The notes beneath the pieces were generated by a model that worked only from the letters and a program-made list of their open reading frames with translations, was not told the DNA's origin and did not search any database. 64,000 bases of DNA from Squalus acanthias (taxonomy: Eukaryota): contig JASTWF010000033.1 of assembly GCA_030390025.1 (NCBI GenBank), positions 5,396,001 to 5,460,000 of the forward strand. Direction: 5' to 3'. The position numbers were made by a program, and so were the translations under genes. Below are positions 34,843 through 46,814 of this stretch, piece by piece (position 1 is the stretch's first letter; each line of letters begins with the position of its first letter).

Positions 34843-35559
34843 ATGAAACAGTGTTTGAGGCGTGGGGATGGCCTTAGCGAGGTGTTTGTCGTCATCGATG
34901 ACATGTTGAAGGCTGCAAAGAACATGGTGGTATCTGTGTACTTCCCCGGAGCGGAGAAACTACGCCATGTTCTTCACAGCCTTCAACATGTCATCGATGA
35001 CGACAAACACCTCGCTAAGGCCATCCCCACGCCTCCACTACTTGCCTTCAAACAGCCGCCTAACCTCAGAAGTACCATCGTTCGCAGCAAATTACCCAGC
35101 TTTCAGGATAACAGCGACCACGACACCACACAACCCTGCCACGGCAAACTCTGCAAGACATGCCAGATCATCAACACAGATACCACCATCACACGTGAGG
35201 ACACTACCCACCAGGTACATGGTACATACTCATGTGACTCGGCCAACGTTGTCTACCTCATACGTTGCAGGAAAGAATGCATCGCGGCATGGTACATCGG
35301 CGAGACCATGCAGACACTGAGACAACGTATGAACGAGCACCGCGCATCAATCACCAGGCAGGATTGTTATCTCCCAGTCGGGGAACACTTCAGCAGTCAA
35401 GGACATTCAGCCTCGGATGTGCGGGTAAGCGTTCTCCAAGGCAACCTTAGGAACACACGACAGCGCAAAATCATCGAGCAGAAACTGATAGCCAAGTTCC
35501 GCACTCATGAAGACGGTCTCAACCGGGATCTTGGGTTTATGTCACGATACATGACGTGA
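34843..35559 (+). pseudogene. Penelope C-terminal fragment: Cys linker + GIY-YIG endonuclease (RT missing)
   Basis: PLLAFKQPPNLRSTIVRS, PCHGKLCKTC, NVVYLIRCRKEC..WYIGET..RMNEHR..VGEHF..GLNRD; the first 30 or so residues derive from flank and inversion. Confidence 0.88.
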
Positions 35560-35980
35560 TCCGGACTCGAGTTGTCGTTGGCTTGTTCACAGATGTGATA
35601 CCCAGTAAAAAAGTAAAAATTTTCCCAGTAAAAAAGTAATTTTTTTTTACAGCTTATCGTTTTACATACAGACGGCAGCTTTTGACACGTTAGACCCCCT
35701 GCGACTCCACCTCATTGTCTCAGTTGTATCTTGCTATGTCTTTGATGTGGTACCTTCCTGGCTGACCTGATTAACTTTATCACACCTCGGCAGATAGTCA
35801 GGATGACTTAATTTAGTTGTCTGCAATTGTAAGGTACACATGCATTGTTCTCTATCTATATATGCTTTGTCGAGTCTGTATTTCTTTACTACTTCACCTG
35901 AGGAAGGGGCGATCGATAGCTCCGAAAGCTTGTGATTTCAAATAAAACTGTTGGACTATAACCTGGTGTTGTGCGACCTC
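34857..35980 (+). mobile_element. Second-family Penelope-like element, 5'-truncated with 5' inversion
   Basis: GIY-YIG domain, 3' UTR and a pLTR with hammerhead; 71-bp fold-back at the 5' end. Confidence 0.9.
35894..35935 (+). ncRNA. Minimal type I hammerhead ribozyme (family 2)
   Basis: UCAC-CUGAGGA-A-GGGGC(GAUCGAUA)GCUCC-GAAAGCUU-GUGA; palindromic AGCU in place of stem III. Confidence 0.8.
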
Positions 35981-36382
35981 TCTATTAATAAAACCAAGGA
36001 TCCCGTAGGCTTTTTAACAGCCTTTTCAACTTGTCCCGCCACCTTCAAAGATAGATAAATACACCCCCAGGTCTCTTTGTTCCTGCACCTGATTTAAAAT
36101 TGTTCCATTTAGTTTGTGTTGCATCTCCTCAATCTTCCGACCAAAATGGATCACTTCACACTTCTCTGTGTTAAATTCCATCTGCTGTGTCTCTGCCCAT
36201 TTCACTACTCTGTAGATGTCCTCATGAAGTCTGTTACTTTCCGGATCATTGTTTACGACATTTCTGAGTCTCCTTTCATCTGCAAACTTGGAAATTATGC
36301 CCAGTATACCCACGTCCAGGTCATTAATATATATGAAAAAGAGCAGTGGTCCTAATACAGACCCCTGGGGAACACCACTGCA
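35981..36382 (-). mobile_element. CR1 fragment paralogous to 33772-34180
   Basis: ISKFAD..QMEFNTEKCEVIHFG..QRDLGV. Confidence 0.85.
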
Positions 36383-36384
36383 TC

Positions 36385-36553
36385 CTCCTCTCCCCTGTTC
36401 CCTTGCCTCTGTACTTGCTTAAAACCTGTTACAACTCTAACTTTTTTCTGTTATGACGAGAGGTCAGCGACCTGAAACGTTAACTGTGTTTCTCTCTCCA
36501 CAGATGCTGCCTGACCAGCTGAGTATTTCCAGCATTTTCTGTTTTTAATTCAG
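36385..36553 (+). mobile_element. Older solo Penelope pLTR (family-1-related) with decayed hammerhead
   Basis: gtt atgacga gaggtcagcgacct gaaacgtt aactg...cagatgctgcctgaccagctgagtatttccagc; first core C changed to A. Confidence 0.8.
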
Positions 36554-36956
36554 ACACAAACACAGGTATTCGTTCAAAGTCAACCTGCAGGTGGTCACAC
36601 AGATTAAACAAAGACAGAGGGACAAACAGAATCAGGAACCATAGGGAAATAGACAAGAGATATTGACAAGGACTAAAAGCGCTTTGCTTTCAGAAAATTG
36701 CCTGAACGCTTGTAGTTAATTTGATGGTTGATTTCCTTACACACCTTGGACTTCAGGAGAACCTGGTTGCAGGGGATAGATGGCCTCCTTCTGTTGCTAT
36801 GTTCCCATCTATAAAGTCTGGATTAATTTCTGCCAATCTCACAGCCTTCCTAAATATAGCACCGTAATTCAATTCTTATAAACAAAGCCCCTGAAGTATC
36901 CGCCAGTTGTGCAGGTTAAAACTCTAGTTATGTTCGAAATATAACAGCAACTCAGC

Positions 36957-37027
36957 GTTTCCGTGGTGTAGTGGTTATCACGTTCACCTAATGCGAAAAG
37001 TTCCCGGATTGAAACTGGGCGGAAGCA
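36957..37027 (+). pseudogene. tRNA-Val(AAC)-derived pseudogene
   Basis: GTTTCCGTGGTGTAGTGGTTATCACGTTCACCTAATGCGAAAAGTTCCCGGATTGAAACTGGGCGGAAGCA followed by TTTTT; deletion in the anticodon loop. Confidence 0.88.
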
Positions 37028-37139
37028 TTTTTAAAAACATGTTAAACAAAATATTCGATAGAATATTAGAATAATTCACATTTGTGGTTCAAGGTTAACA
37101 ACTATTACATTTGCTGTTCCTCTGTACAGTTCTGTTCAC

Positions 37140-37775
37140 ACTCACAGGGGCAAAGAGATGGTATGAGAATAGAATGGCAGCCAGCATAAAAGGTAATCCA
37201 AAAGCCTTCTACAGGCATTTAAATAGAAAAAGGGTATTAAGTGGAGGGGTGGTGCCGAATGGGACCAAAATGGAGACCTACGCATGGAGGCAGAGGGCAT
37301 GGCTGAGGTATTGAATGAGTACTTTGCATCTGCCTGCACCAAGGAAGAGGATGCTGCCACAGACATAGTGAAGGAGGAGGTAGTGGAGACACTTGATAGT
37401 ATAATAATTGATAAAGAAGAGGAATTAGTAGGCTGGCTGCGCTTAAAGTAGATAAATCACCAGGAGTGGATGGGATGCATCCTAGGAAACTGAGGGAAGT
37501 AAATGTGGAAATCGCGGAACAACTGGCCATAATATTCCAATCCTCCATAGATATGGGGATGGTGCCAGAGGACTGGAGAATTGCAAATGTTACACCATTG
37601 TTCAAAAAAGGGTATAAAGATAAACTCAGCAACTACAGGCCAGTCAGGTTAACCTCGGTTTATGGAAGCTTTTAAAACAGCAATCAGGGTCAAAATTTAC
37701 AGTCACTTGGATAGGTGCAGATTAATTAAAGAAAGCCAGCTCGGTTTTGTGAAAGGCTAATCGTGCTTAACCATC
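37140..37775 (+). mobile_element. CR1 ORF2 internal fragment
   Basis: DGMHPRKLREV..MVPEDWRIANVTPLFKKG..NYRPV. Confidence 0.88.
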
Positions 37776-37854
37776 GTGTTTTTCGCTGCCGAACGGCCTA
37801 CACCTGCTCCTGTTTCTTATGTAGTGATGTTAAGATTGGGTCCCACTTGAGAAA

Positions 37855-39402
37855 TCTTAAAAGAAGTGGCTTGTGAGATAGTTGATGCGTTAGTTTTAAT
37901 TTTCCAAAATTCCCTAGATTCGGGGAAGGTTCCATTAGATTGGAAAATAGCGAACGTAACTCCTTTATTCAAAAAGGGAGGGAGACAGAAAGCAGGAAAC
38001 TACAGGCCAGTTAGCATAACATCTGTCATAGGGAAGATGTTAGAAGCTATTATTAAAGACGTTATAGCAGGGCACTTAGAAAAGTTCAAAGTAATCAGGC
38101 AGACTCAACATGGTTTTGTGCAGAAGAAATCATGTTTTACCAATTTATTGGAGTTCTTTTAGGAAGTAAAATATGCTGTACATAAATGGGAATCGGTGGA
38201 TGTACTGTTCTTAGATTTCCAGAACTCATTTGATAAGGTGCCACATCAAAGGTTATTGCGGAAAATAAAAGTTCATGGTATAGGGGGTAACATATTGGCA
38301 TGGATAGAAGATTGTCTAGCTAACAGGAAACAGAGAGTAGGCATAAATGGGTCATTTTCTCATTCTCAAAATGTAACAAGTGGTGTGCCACAGGAATCAG
38401 TGCTGGGGTCTCAACTTTTTACAATTTATATAAATGACTTGGATGAAGGGACCGAAGGTTGGGTTGGTAAATTTGCTGATGACACAAAGATTGGTAAGAA
38501 AGTAAATTGTGAAGAGGACATAAGGAGGCTACAAAGGGATATAGATAGGTTAAGTGAGTGGACAATGAACTGGCAAATGGGGTATAATATGGGAAAATGT
38601 GAAATTGTCCATTTTGGCAGGAAGAATAAAAAAGAAGCATATTATCTAAATGGTGAGAGATTGCAGAGCTCTGAGATGCAGAAGGATCTGGGTGTCCTAG
38701 TGCATGAATCGCAAAAGGTTACTATGCAGGTACAGCAAGTAATTAGGAAATCTAATAAAATGTAGTCGTTTATTGAGAGGGGAATTGAATAAAGAAGTAG
38801 GGAGGTTATGTTTCAGTTATACAGGGCATTGGTGAAACCACGTCTGGAGTACTGTGTACAGTATTGGTCTCCTTATTTAAGGAAGGATGTACATGCGTTG
38901 GAAGCAGTTCAGAGAAGGTTTACTAGACTAATACCTGGAATGGGCGTGTTGTCTTATGAGGAAAGGTTGGACAGGCTAGGTTTGTATCCGCTTGAGTTTA
39001 GAAGAGAAAGAGGTGACTTGATTGAAACATATAAGAACCTAAGGGGTCTGGACAGGGTGGATGTGGAGAGGATGATTCCTCTTGTGGGAGAATATACAAC
39101 TAGGGCTCACTGTTTAAAAATAAGGGGTCGCCCAGTTAAGACAGAGATGAGGAGAATTTTTTTCTCACAGAGGGTCGTGAGTCTTTGGAACTCTCTTCCT
39201 CAGAGGGCGCTGGAAGCAGAGTCTTTGAATATTTTTAAGGCAGCGGTAGATAGATTCTTGATCAGCAAGGGGGTGAAAGGTTATCGGGGGTAGGGGGGAA
39301 TGTGGAGTAATCGGATCGGCCATGATCTTATTGAATGGCGGAGCAGGCTCGAGGGGCCGAGTGGCCTACTCCTGCTCCTAATTAGTATGTTCGTATGTTC
39401 GT
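37855..39402 (+). mobile_element. CR1 LINE RT + 3' UTR, 5'-truncated, disabled
   Basis: DWKIANVTPLFKKG, LDFQNSFDKVPH, FADDTK, FFSQRVVSLWN; tatgttcg tail. Confidence 0.93.
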
Positions 39403-39557
39403 AATAACCATACTTGGCACAATAACAACAAATGGGTCAGGTTATACATATCAGTCAGATGGAACACCTGTGAGGTAAAAAGTTGTGTTTGATTCTTACG
39501 TTATATTTGCTTCAATTATTTCCTTTTTAATCTAGTTTTAAACCGGAACAACCACAG

Positions 39558-41085
39558 AGTCATAGAATCATAGAGTTATACAGCACAGAAAGAGGCCCTT
39601 CGGCCCATCGTGTCTGAGCTGGCCATCAAGCCCTGTCTATTCTAATCCCATTTTCCAGCACTTATTCCGTAGCCTTGTATGCTATGATGTTTCAAGTGCT
39701 CATCTAAATGCTTCTTGAATGTTGTGAGGGTTCCTGCCTCTACCATCCTTTCAGGCAGTGAGTTCCAGATTCCAACCACCCTCTGGGTGAAAAATGTTTT
39801 CCTCAAATCCCCTCTAAACCTCCTGCCCCTTACCTTGAAACTATGCACCCTGGTGATTGACCCCTTTACTAAGGGGAAACGTTCCTCTCTATCTACCCTA
39901 TCTATGCCCCTCATAATTTTGTACACCTCAATCAGGACCCCCTCAGGCTTCGCTGCTCCAAGGAAAACAACCCCAGCCTGTCCAGTCTCCCTTCATAGCT
40001 GAAACGCTCCAGCCCAGGTAACAGCCTGGTGAATCTTCTTTGCACCCTCTCCAATGCAATCACATCCTTCCTATAGTGTGGCGACCAGAACTGCACACAG
40101 TATTCCAGCTGTGGACTAACTGGCGATTTGTACAGCTCCATCATAACCTTCCTGCTCTTATATTCTATGCCTTGGCTAATGAAGGCAAGTATCCCATATG
40201 ACTTCTTAACCACCTTATCTACCTGTCCTGCTGCCTTTAGGGATCTATGTACATGTACACCAAGGTCCCTCTGATCCCCTGTCCTTCCTAGGGTCCTACC
40301 ATTCATTGTGTATTCCCTTGCCTTGTTAGTCCTCCCAAAATGCATTCACACTTTTCAGGGTTAAATTCCATTTGCCACTGTTCTGCCCATCTGACCAACC
40401 CGTCTATATCGTCCTGTAGCCTGAGGCTTCCCTCCTCGCTATTAACCACTCTACCAATTTTCGTGTCGTCTGCGAACTTACTGATCATACCTCCTACATT
40501 CTTAACTAAATCATTAATGTACACTACAAACAGCAACGGACCCAGCACCGATCCCTGCGGTACACCACTGAACACAGTCTTCCAATCACAAAAACAACCT
40601 TTGACCATCACCTTCTGCCTCCTGCCACTAAGGCAATTTTGGATCCAATGTGCCAAATTGCCTTGGATCCCATGGGCTCTTACCTTCTTGATCAGTCTCC
40701 CATGCGGGACTTAGTCAAAAGCCTTACTGAAGTCCATGTAGACTACATCAACTGCACTACTCTCATCCACACACCTAGACACCCCCTCGAAAAATTCAAT
40801 CAAATTGGTTAGACATGATCTACCCCTGACACAGCCATGCTGACTATTCTTGATTAATCCTTGCCTCTCCAAGTGGAGACTAATTCGGTCCCTCAGATTT
40901 TTTTCCAATTATTTCCCTACCACTGACGTTGGGCTCACTGGCCTGTAATTCCCTGGTTTATCCCTACTACCCTTCTTGAATAATGGTACTACGTTAGCTG
41001 TCCGCCAGTCCTCTGGCACCTCCCCGGTGGCCAGAGAGGTTCTGAAAATGTGTGTCAGAGCCCCTGCAATCTCCTCATTTGCCAG
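39558..41085 (-). mobile_element. CR1 LINE RT + 3' UTR, disabled
   Basis: [46 protein letters not shown]. Confidence 0.93.
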
Positions 41086-41694
41086 AATAACGTCATCTCC
41101 ATGGGAAAATTACAAATTGATTTGGTAACTTTTCTTGCATTGCTTAGGAGTACATAGGATTACAAAGGATATACAGCACATAAACAGGCCATTCAGCCCA
41201 ATCAGTCCATGCCGGCGTTTATGCTCCACTAGAGCCTCCTCCCGTCTTTCCACATCTAACTCTGTCAGCAGAACCCACTATTCCCTTCTCCCTCATATGA
41301 CTATCAACCAGCTCTCCCGCAACTGGCGCGGTCTCACTTCGAGCCTTTCGGTGCTTTGTCTGTGAGGAAATATTCTGATTGTCCCGAAGCCGGTATTAGG
41401 TTTATATTCCTGATCTGCAGTAACGAGAATCTTTCACTTGGCTCCGATCAGTTAAATTCACCGGTAACATCAGAGTAAATGTCTCATTGTCTTAAACCAG
41501 GGAAAGGTGCCTTGATCGCCCCCGGTCAGTCGGGCAGTTCAGCTCTTCATTCTCCGCTCATTCCGTTTCCAAAAGCGTTTCTAAAGATTCACAAAACTGT
41601 TCACTGTATTTTCTTTTTGGGCTCTTTTCGATTTTTCCCGCTCCCAACTGGCAATATTTTCAAAATCTGGTCGCAATCCTCCGCCTTACATCAT

Positions 41695-42156
41695 GTCCAG
41701 GGATGAGGGACTTCAGTGATGTGGAGAGGCTGGAGAAGCTGGGATTTTTCTCCTTATGGCAGAGAAGGTTAACGGGAGATTTAATAGAGGTGTTCACCAT
41801 TATGGGCCGGGTGGGGGCGTTGATGGAGCAGACAGGGAGAAACTGTTTCCACTGGCAGGAGGATCGGTTACCAGAGGACACAGATTTCAGATAAACGGTA
41901 AAACAAAAAGCCAGGGAGGAGGCGAGGCGATTTTTTTTTACGCAGCGAGTTGTTATGATCTGGAATGCACTCCTTGAAAGGTCGGTGGAAGCTGATTCAA
42001 TAGTATCTTTCAAAAGGGAAGGTAAAAAGTAAAACATTGCAGGGCTAAGGGAAGAGCAGGAGAGTGGGACTAATTGGAAAGCTCTTTCAAAGAGCCGGCA
42101 CAGGCACGATGGGCCGAATGGTCTCCTTTAGTGCTGTATGATTCTATGATTCTATG
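41695..42156 (+). mobile_element. CR1 3' fragment
   Basis: Same subfamily as 1765-2232; tatgattctatgattctatg tail. Confidence 0.85.
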
Positions 42157-42362
42157 TCCCATCCTTGACAGCAGCCCCTACCCGCGGGAAGCGTTTCCCC
42201 ACCTCTCCCGTGTGTGAGCTGTAAAATGTAGTGGAGGAGAAGGATTGTGAGCTTTTAGTGTGGGACACAAGTGATGTTGTTTAAGTTGAACCAACATATT
42301 CCCGATCAGCACGGAGGGAGTACACTGGTCAGTTCCGCTCTGTTGCAGTTGCAGTGCCAGCG

Positions 42363-42435
42363 GTTTCCGTGGTGTAGTGGTTATCACGTTCGCTTTACAC
42401 GCGAAAGGTCTCCGGTTCGATCCCAGGTGGGTTCA
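42363..42435 (+). pseudogene. tRNA-Val(TAC), acceptor stem disrupted
   Basis: GTTTCCGTGGTGTAGTGGTTATCACGTTCGCTTTACACGCGAAAGGTCTCCGGTTCGATCCCAGGTGGGTTCA followed by TTTT; A and B boxes are intact. Confidence 0.88.
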
Positions 42436-42924
42436 TTTTGTTTTAACTTGTTGTGGATGAACATCTCGAGGCGAGTTTATTCTCCTGTCAAAAGGGCTAC
42501 AGTGGCTGCTCCCTTATTCATTAACTGCTCTTTATTTCACTTCACTATATAGATAACTTTGAGTGAGAGAATACTGATCAACAGTGACGCCCATTTCATC
42601 TTTTGATCGATTTGGGAAAATCCGAATCCCTCCCCGGTAAAGTTCAGAAATGTAATTCATTAATCTGCACGGTGGCCGTCAGTAAGAAGCCTTTTTCTGT
42701 CTGGATCCGGGAGCGGAGCTGGTTTGAGGCTGAATATTGCCGCTACTGTCGATAGATTTTTGTTGGTTAAGGGTATTATGGGTTACGGAACCTAAGCAGG
42801 TAGATGGAGTTCAGATGCAGATCAGCCCGCGATCTAATTGAATGGCGGAACAGGCTCGAGGGGCTGAATGGCCTCCTCCTCTTCCTATTGAGTCGCTGCA
42901 TTGCAATGCACCCGAGTGCTGAGG

Positions 42925-42997
42925 GTTTCCGGTGTGTAGTGAGTATCGCAGTCCGCTAACACACGACAACTCAACGGTTCGAAAGTGGGTAGAGGCA
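42925..42997 (+). pseudogene. Highly degenerate tRNA-Val-like remnant
   Basis: GTTTCCGGTGTGTAGTGAGTATCGC..CTAACAC..CGGTTCGAAA. Confidence 0.6.
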
Positions 42998-43398
42998 ACC
43001 TGATGGCTTTTCTCCATTCAAGTTCAGTAAATATGAAAACTGGAATCAATTACATGTTTGGTTAAGTATGAATAAAATACGCATTGAAAGGCGAATTATG
43101 CCACTCAAATGGCATAGTTACAGTGAGCGAAGTAATTCTCAATGATATTTCCCATATAGGACACAGTTTTGGTTGCGTACTATAAGGTTTTTTGGGGAAA
43201 GTTGGCGCTGATTTAGGGAATCTCATCCTCGCGTGTCGTTACTGAAGATGTGGACTTATTTTATTTAAAAATTGAGGCTCGGAACCTTGTCATTGAGAAT
43301 GTGGGAGCAGAACAACACAGATTAATAGGAAAACACAGGGTCAGCGATAGGATTCAAATTGCAGTTTCAATCGGTCTGTATGGCTATCTTTTTAATAA

Positions 43399-43482
43399 GT
43401 TGGTCTCGGGTTGTGATTCTCGCTTCGGGGTTGTTGGTTACATTTTGCCAGAAGTTCCCGGATTCAAATCCCGGACGAGCCC
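43399..43482 (+). pseudogene. tRNA-Pro(CGG)-derived, with 16-nt insert at position 37/38
   Basis: GTTGGTCTCGGGTTGTGATTCTCGCTTCGGG[gttgttggttacattt]TGCCAGAAGTTCCCGGATTCAAATCCCGGACGAGCCC; the first 5 nt are lost. Confidence 0.85.
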
Positions 43483-43759
43483 GCGTATTGAAATTGCAGT
43501 TGAAACTTTTGCAAGAAAGACTTGTCTTTCGACAGCGCCTTTCACCCACTCAGGACGTCACAACTGTTTCTCGTCGAAATTGATCCCAACGTGAGTGATG
43601 TGATTCGTCGAGGGAAATCACGGAGCTTTTCAGGAGGTTACTCACTTTGGAATGAAATATGTTCCCATATATTCGATTGGGGAAATGGTAGTGAAAGAGA
43701 GTCAGTGGAGAGAGAGAGAGAGAATCAACAATTCAATCTCGCCTTTGACACGTTCTTTC

Positions 43760-43831
43760 CTGCTTGTGGTGTAACGGTGAGCATTCTGGACTCTGAATCC
43801 AGCGCTCTGAGTTCAAATCTCGCTGGAACTT
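43760..43831 (+). pseudogene. tRNA-Gln(CTG), degenerate
   Basis: TGGTGTAACGGTGAGCATTCTGGACTCTGAATCCAGCGCTCTGAGTTCAAATCTCGCTGGAAC; acceptor stem is broken. Confidence 0.88.
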
Positions 43832-44137
43832 GTTTTGTGTCAATCTCTATGATTCCCATGGAAATGGGGACACTTTTTAACATCTGCAGACAGATCGATT
43901 CTAGTAAATAACATTCCACAAGCCTCCAATCCTGAGCTGCTGCTGCAATCCATGATACTGGAGCTCTGAGTCCAGCTCCTGCCACAATGACAGAATGCTG
44001 TTCTTGGCGGAGATTGTTGAATCGATGCGTCTCTCTGTGTCAGACCACAAGTCTCACTGAACAGGAGTTAAGAAAGATTCCAGTGGCTGTGAATGGGAGG
44101 AGAGCTGGAGAAAACAGAGTTGGCTCAGAGGAGCGCA

Positions 44138-44209
44138 CGTGGAATGGTGTAATGGTGAGCACTCTGGACTTTGAATCCAGTGATCTGAGTTTAAATCTCG
44201 GTGGAACCT
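44138..44209 (+). pseudogene. tRNA-Gln(TTG), degenerate
   Basis: ATGGTGTAATGGTGAGCACTCTGGACTTTGAATCCAGTGATCTGAGTTTAAATCTCGGTGGAACCT; 5' acceptor strand replaced. Confidence 0.88.
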
Positions 44210-44535
44210 GAATTCTTGTCCCGGCTGTTGGAAAATTTGATAAAAACAAGGAAAAGTCTCCTGGAAACCAATCGCTGCTCTGGGCCGTTTGCTGCCTTCA
44301 TCAATGGGGATTGATCTCCTTGTCTAGATGTCAAATCACAAGCTCAGCCTGTCTTTCCCTGTTCCAAATCAGCGGAAGTGAAAGTTGTTTGTTGTCCAAT
44401 GCAGCGTCTGTCTGCACAACATCATGGTGTTTGCTGAACTTCTCTTTGTAATCTGCATTCAGAAGTCAGACTTGTAGAGTTTCAAAGCATTGCTTCTTGA
44501 AATGCAGACATTGCATGTACTGTGTTCTCGCACTA

Positions 44536-45231
44536 GTGCAAATCCCTCCATGGCCTCGCCCCTTTCTATCTCTGTAATCTCCTCCAGCCTTACAACTCCC
44601 CGCGATATCTGCGCTCCTCCAATTCAGGGCTCTTAACAGCACTGACTTTAATCGCTCCACCATGGGTGGCCGTGCTTTCAGCTGCCGAGGACCTCAGCTC
44701 TGGAATTCCCTCCCTGAACCTCTCCGCCTCTCTATCTCTCTTTCCTCTTTTAACGCGCTCCTTAAAACCTACCTCTGTGACCAACTTTCGATCATCTGTG
44801 CTAATAGAAACATAGAAGATAGGAGCAGGAGTAGGCCATTCGGCCCCTCGAGCCTGCTCCGCCATTCGATGAGATCATGGCTGATCATCTAAACTCAGTA
44901 CCCTGTACCTGCCTTCTCCCCATATCCCTTGATATCTTTAGCTTTAAGAAATATATCTAACTCAACCGTGAATATATTTAATGACTTCGCCTCAACTACC
45001 TTCTGTGGTAGAGAATTCCACAGGTTCACCACTGTCTGGGTGAAGAAATTCTTCCTCATTTCTGTCCTAAATGGTTTACCCGTTATCCGTAGATTATGAC
45101 CTCTGGTTCTGGACTCACCGGCCATAATTCCTTTCGCGGCTAGGTGTCACAATTTGGTTCAGAACCCTCCTGTGAAGCGCCTTGGGACGGTCTACGCCGG
45201 TAAAGGCGCTATATAGATGCAAGTTGTTGTT
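44536..45231 (+). mobile_element. L2-like 3' end with nested minus-strand CR1 3' fragment (about 44805-45125)
   Basis: GGRAFSCRGPQLWNSLPEPLR..LLKTYL is an L2-type C-terminus; CR1 piece GESRTRGHNL..FFTQTVVNLWNSLP. Confidence 0.75.
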
Positions 45232-45288
45232 TATGACAAAAGAGGCAAGTTTCTTTCAAATATTTGCTCTCAATAAGATGTCAGTGTC

Positions 45289-45359
45289 GGTTCCATGGTG
45301 TAATGGTGAACACTGTGGACTTTGAATCCAGCGACCTGATTTAAATCTCAGTAGGACCT
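45289..45359 (+). pseudogene. tRNA-Gln(TTG), degenerate
   Basis: GGTTCCATGGTGTAATGGTGAACACTGTGGACTTTGAATCCAGCGACCTGATTTAAATCTCAGTAGGACCT. Confidence 0.88.
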
Positions 45360-45623
45360 GATTTGTGTCAATCTCTGTGTTTTACATGTAAATGCAGACA
45401 CTTGTTAAAATCTGCGGACAGATCGATTCTAGACTACAACATTCCACAAACCCCCAGTCGCCTGAGCTGCTACTGCAATCCATGTTACTGGAGCTCTCAG
45501 TCCTGCTCCTGGCACAATGACAGATTTTGCTCTTGACTAAGATAGTTCACTTTTCAGTTGAAACGATTCATCCCTTTGCAACAGACAACAAGTGCCACTG
45601 AACTGGAGTCAGAAAAGATTCCA

Positions 45624-45809
45624 AATGCAAAATACTGTGGATGCTAGAAATCTAAAAACCCTCCAGAAAATACTGGAAAATCTCAGCAGGTCAGGCAGCA
45701 TCTGTGGAGAGAGAAACCGAGTTAACGTTTCAGGTGAATGACCCTTTGTCACAACTCTGTTGGACTCTCCACAGATGCTGCCTGACCTGTTGAGTATTCC
45801 CAGCACTGG
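45624..45809 (-). mobile_element. Penelope pLTR (family-1-related) plus inverted partial copy, 14-bp TSD
   Basis: TSD cagaaa(a/c)gattcca at 45610-45623 and 45810-45823; empty site in the paralog near 44070; decayed hammerhead agtt gtgacaa agggtcattcacct gaaacgtt aact. Confidence 0.85.
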
Positions 45810-45881
45810 CAGAAACGATTCCACTGGCTGTGAATGGTAGCAGAGATTGAGAAAACAGAGTTGGCTCAAGCAGCGGGTGTG

Positions 45882-45953
45882 TGTTCCATGGTGTAATGGT
45901 GATCACTCTGAACTTTGAATCCAGTGATCTGAGTTTAAATCTCGTTGGAACCT
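45882..45953 (+). pseudogene. tRNA-Gln(TTG), degenerate
   Basis: TGTTCCATGGTGTAATGGTGATCACTCTGAACTTTGAATCCAGTGATCTGAGTTTAAATCTCGTTGGAACCT. Confidence 0.88.
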
Positions 45954-46814
45954 GATTTCTTCTTGTCCCAGCTGTTGGAAAGTTTAGAACAAAGAAGTAA
46001 AAGGCACCTGAGCCAATCGCTGCTCTGGGCAGTTTGCTGCATGAATCAATGAGGATTGAGCGCCTTGTCTAGATGTCAAATCATAATTTTCCTGTTCCAA
46101 ATCAGCGGAAGAGAAAGTTTGTTGTTCAATGCAGCGTTTGACTGCTCAACAGAATGCTGTTTGATGAAATGTTCATTTCCATCTGCATTCAGCTGGTAGA
46201 CATGAAGAACTTCAAAGCAGTGCTTCCTGAAATGCAGGCATTGCATGTATTGTGTTCTCGCCCTCGAGCAAATTTTACATTGTCTTTTCAAGCTTTGTGC
46301 ATCAGTTGCTTGCAATGCTTATACACTTTCTATCTGATAAGACAATAATACAACCTGTGCTGTGCAGTGTGAAACAGAAGCAGCGACTTGAGAACCGATA
46401 GCCTTGACGGCAGCTGTGTGATTAGCTCAGCATCGACACTTGGCAGAGGGGAAAGTGTTGAATCTGTAGCTATGGATGAGGAAAGGCCGAGCCCAAGTGG
46501 AATAATGGAGATAACCTTGCTCACTATTTGGAATTTTGCTGGGCGGAAAGGTTTGCAAGTAGCCTTTAGGGGTCAGCGATGTATCGCCATTGAGTGCTGG
46601 TCCCGCCACAAACTCCGTTCCCTGGCCACCGACTCCATCCCTATCCCTGGCCACTGTCTGAGGCTGAACCAGTCTGTTCGCAACCTTGGTTTCGTATTTC
46701 ACCCAGCTGGAGCAGTGGGATTTAAACTCACGGCCCCGGATCATTAGTCCAGGTCTCTGGATTACTGGTCGAGTAACAGAACCACTGTGACGCCATATCA
46801 CGTCATTAATCGTT

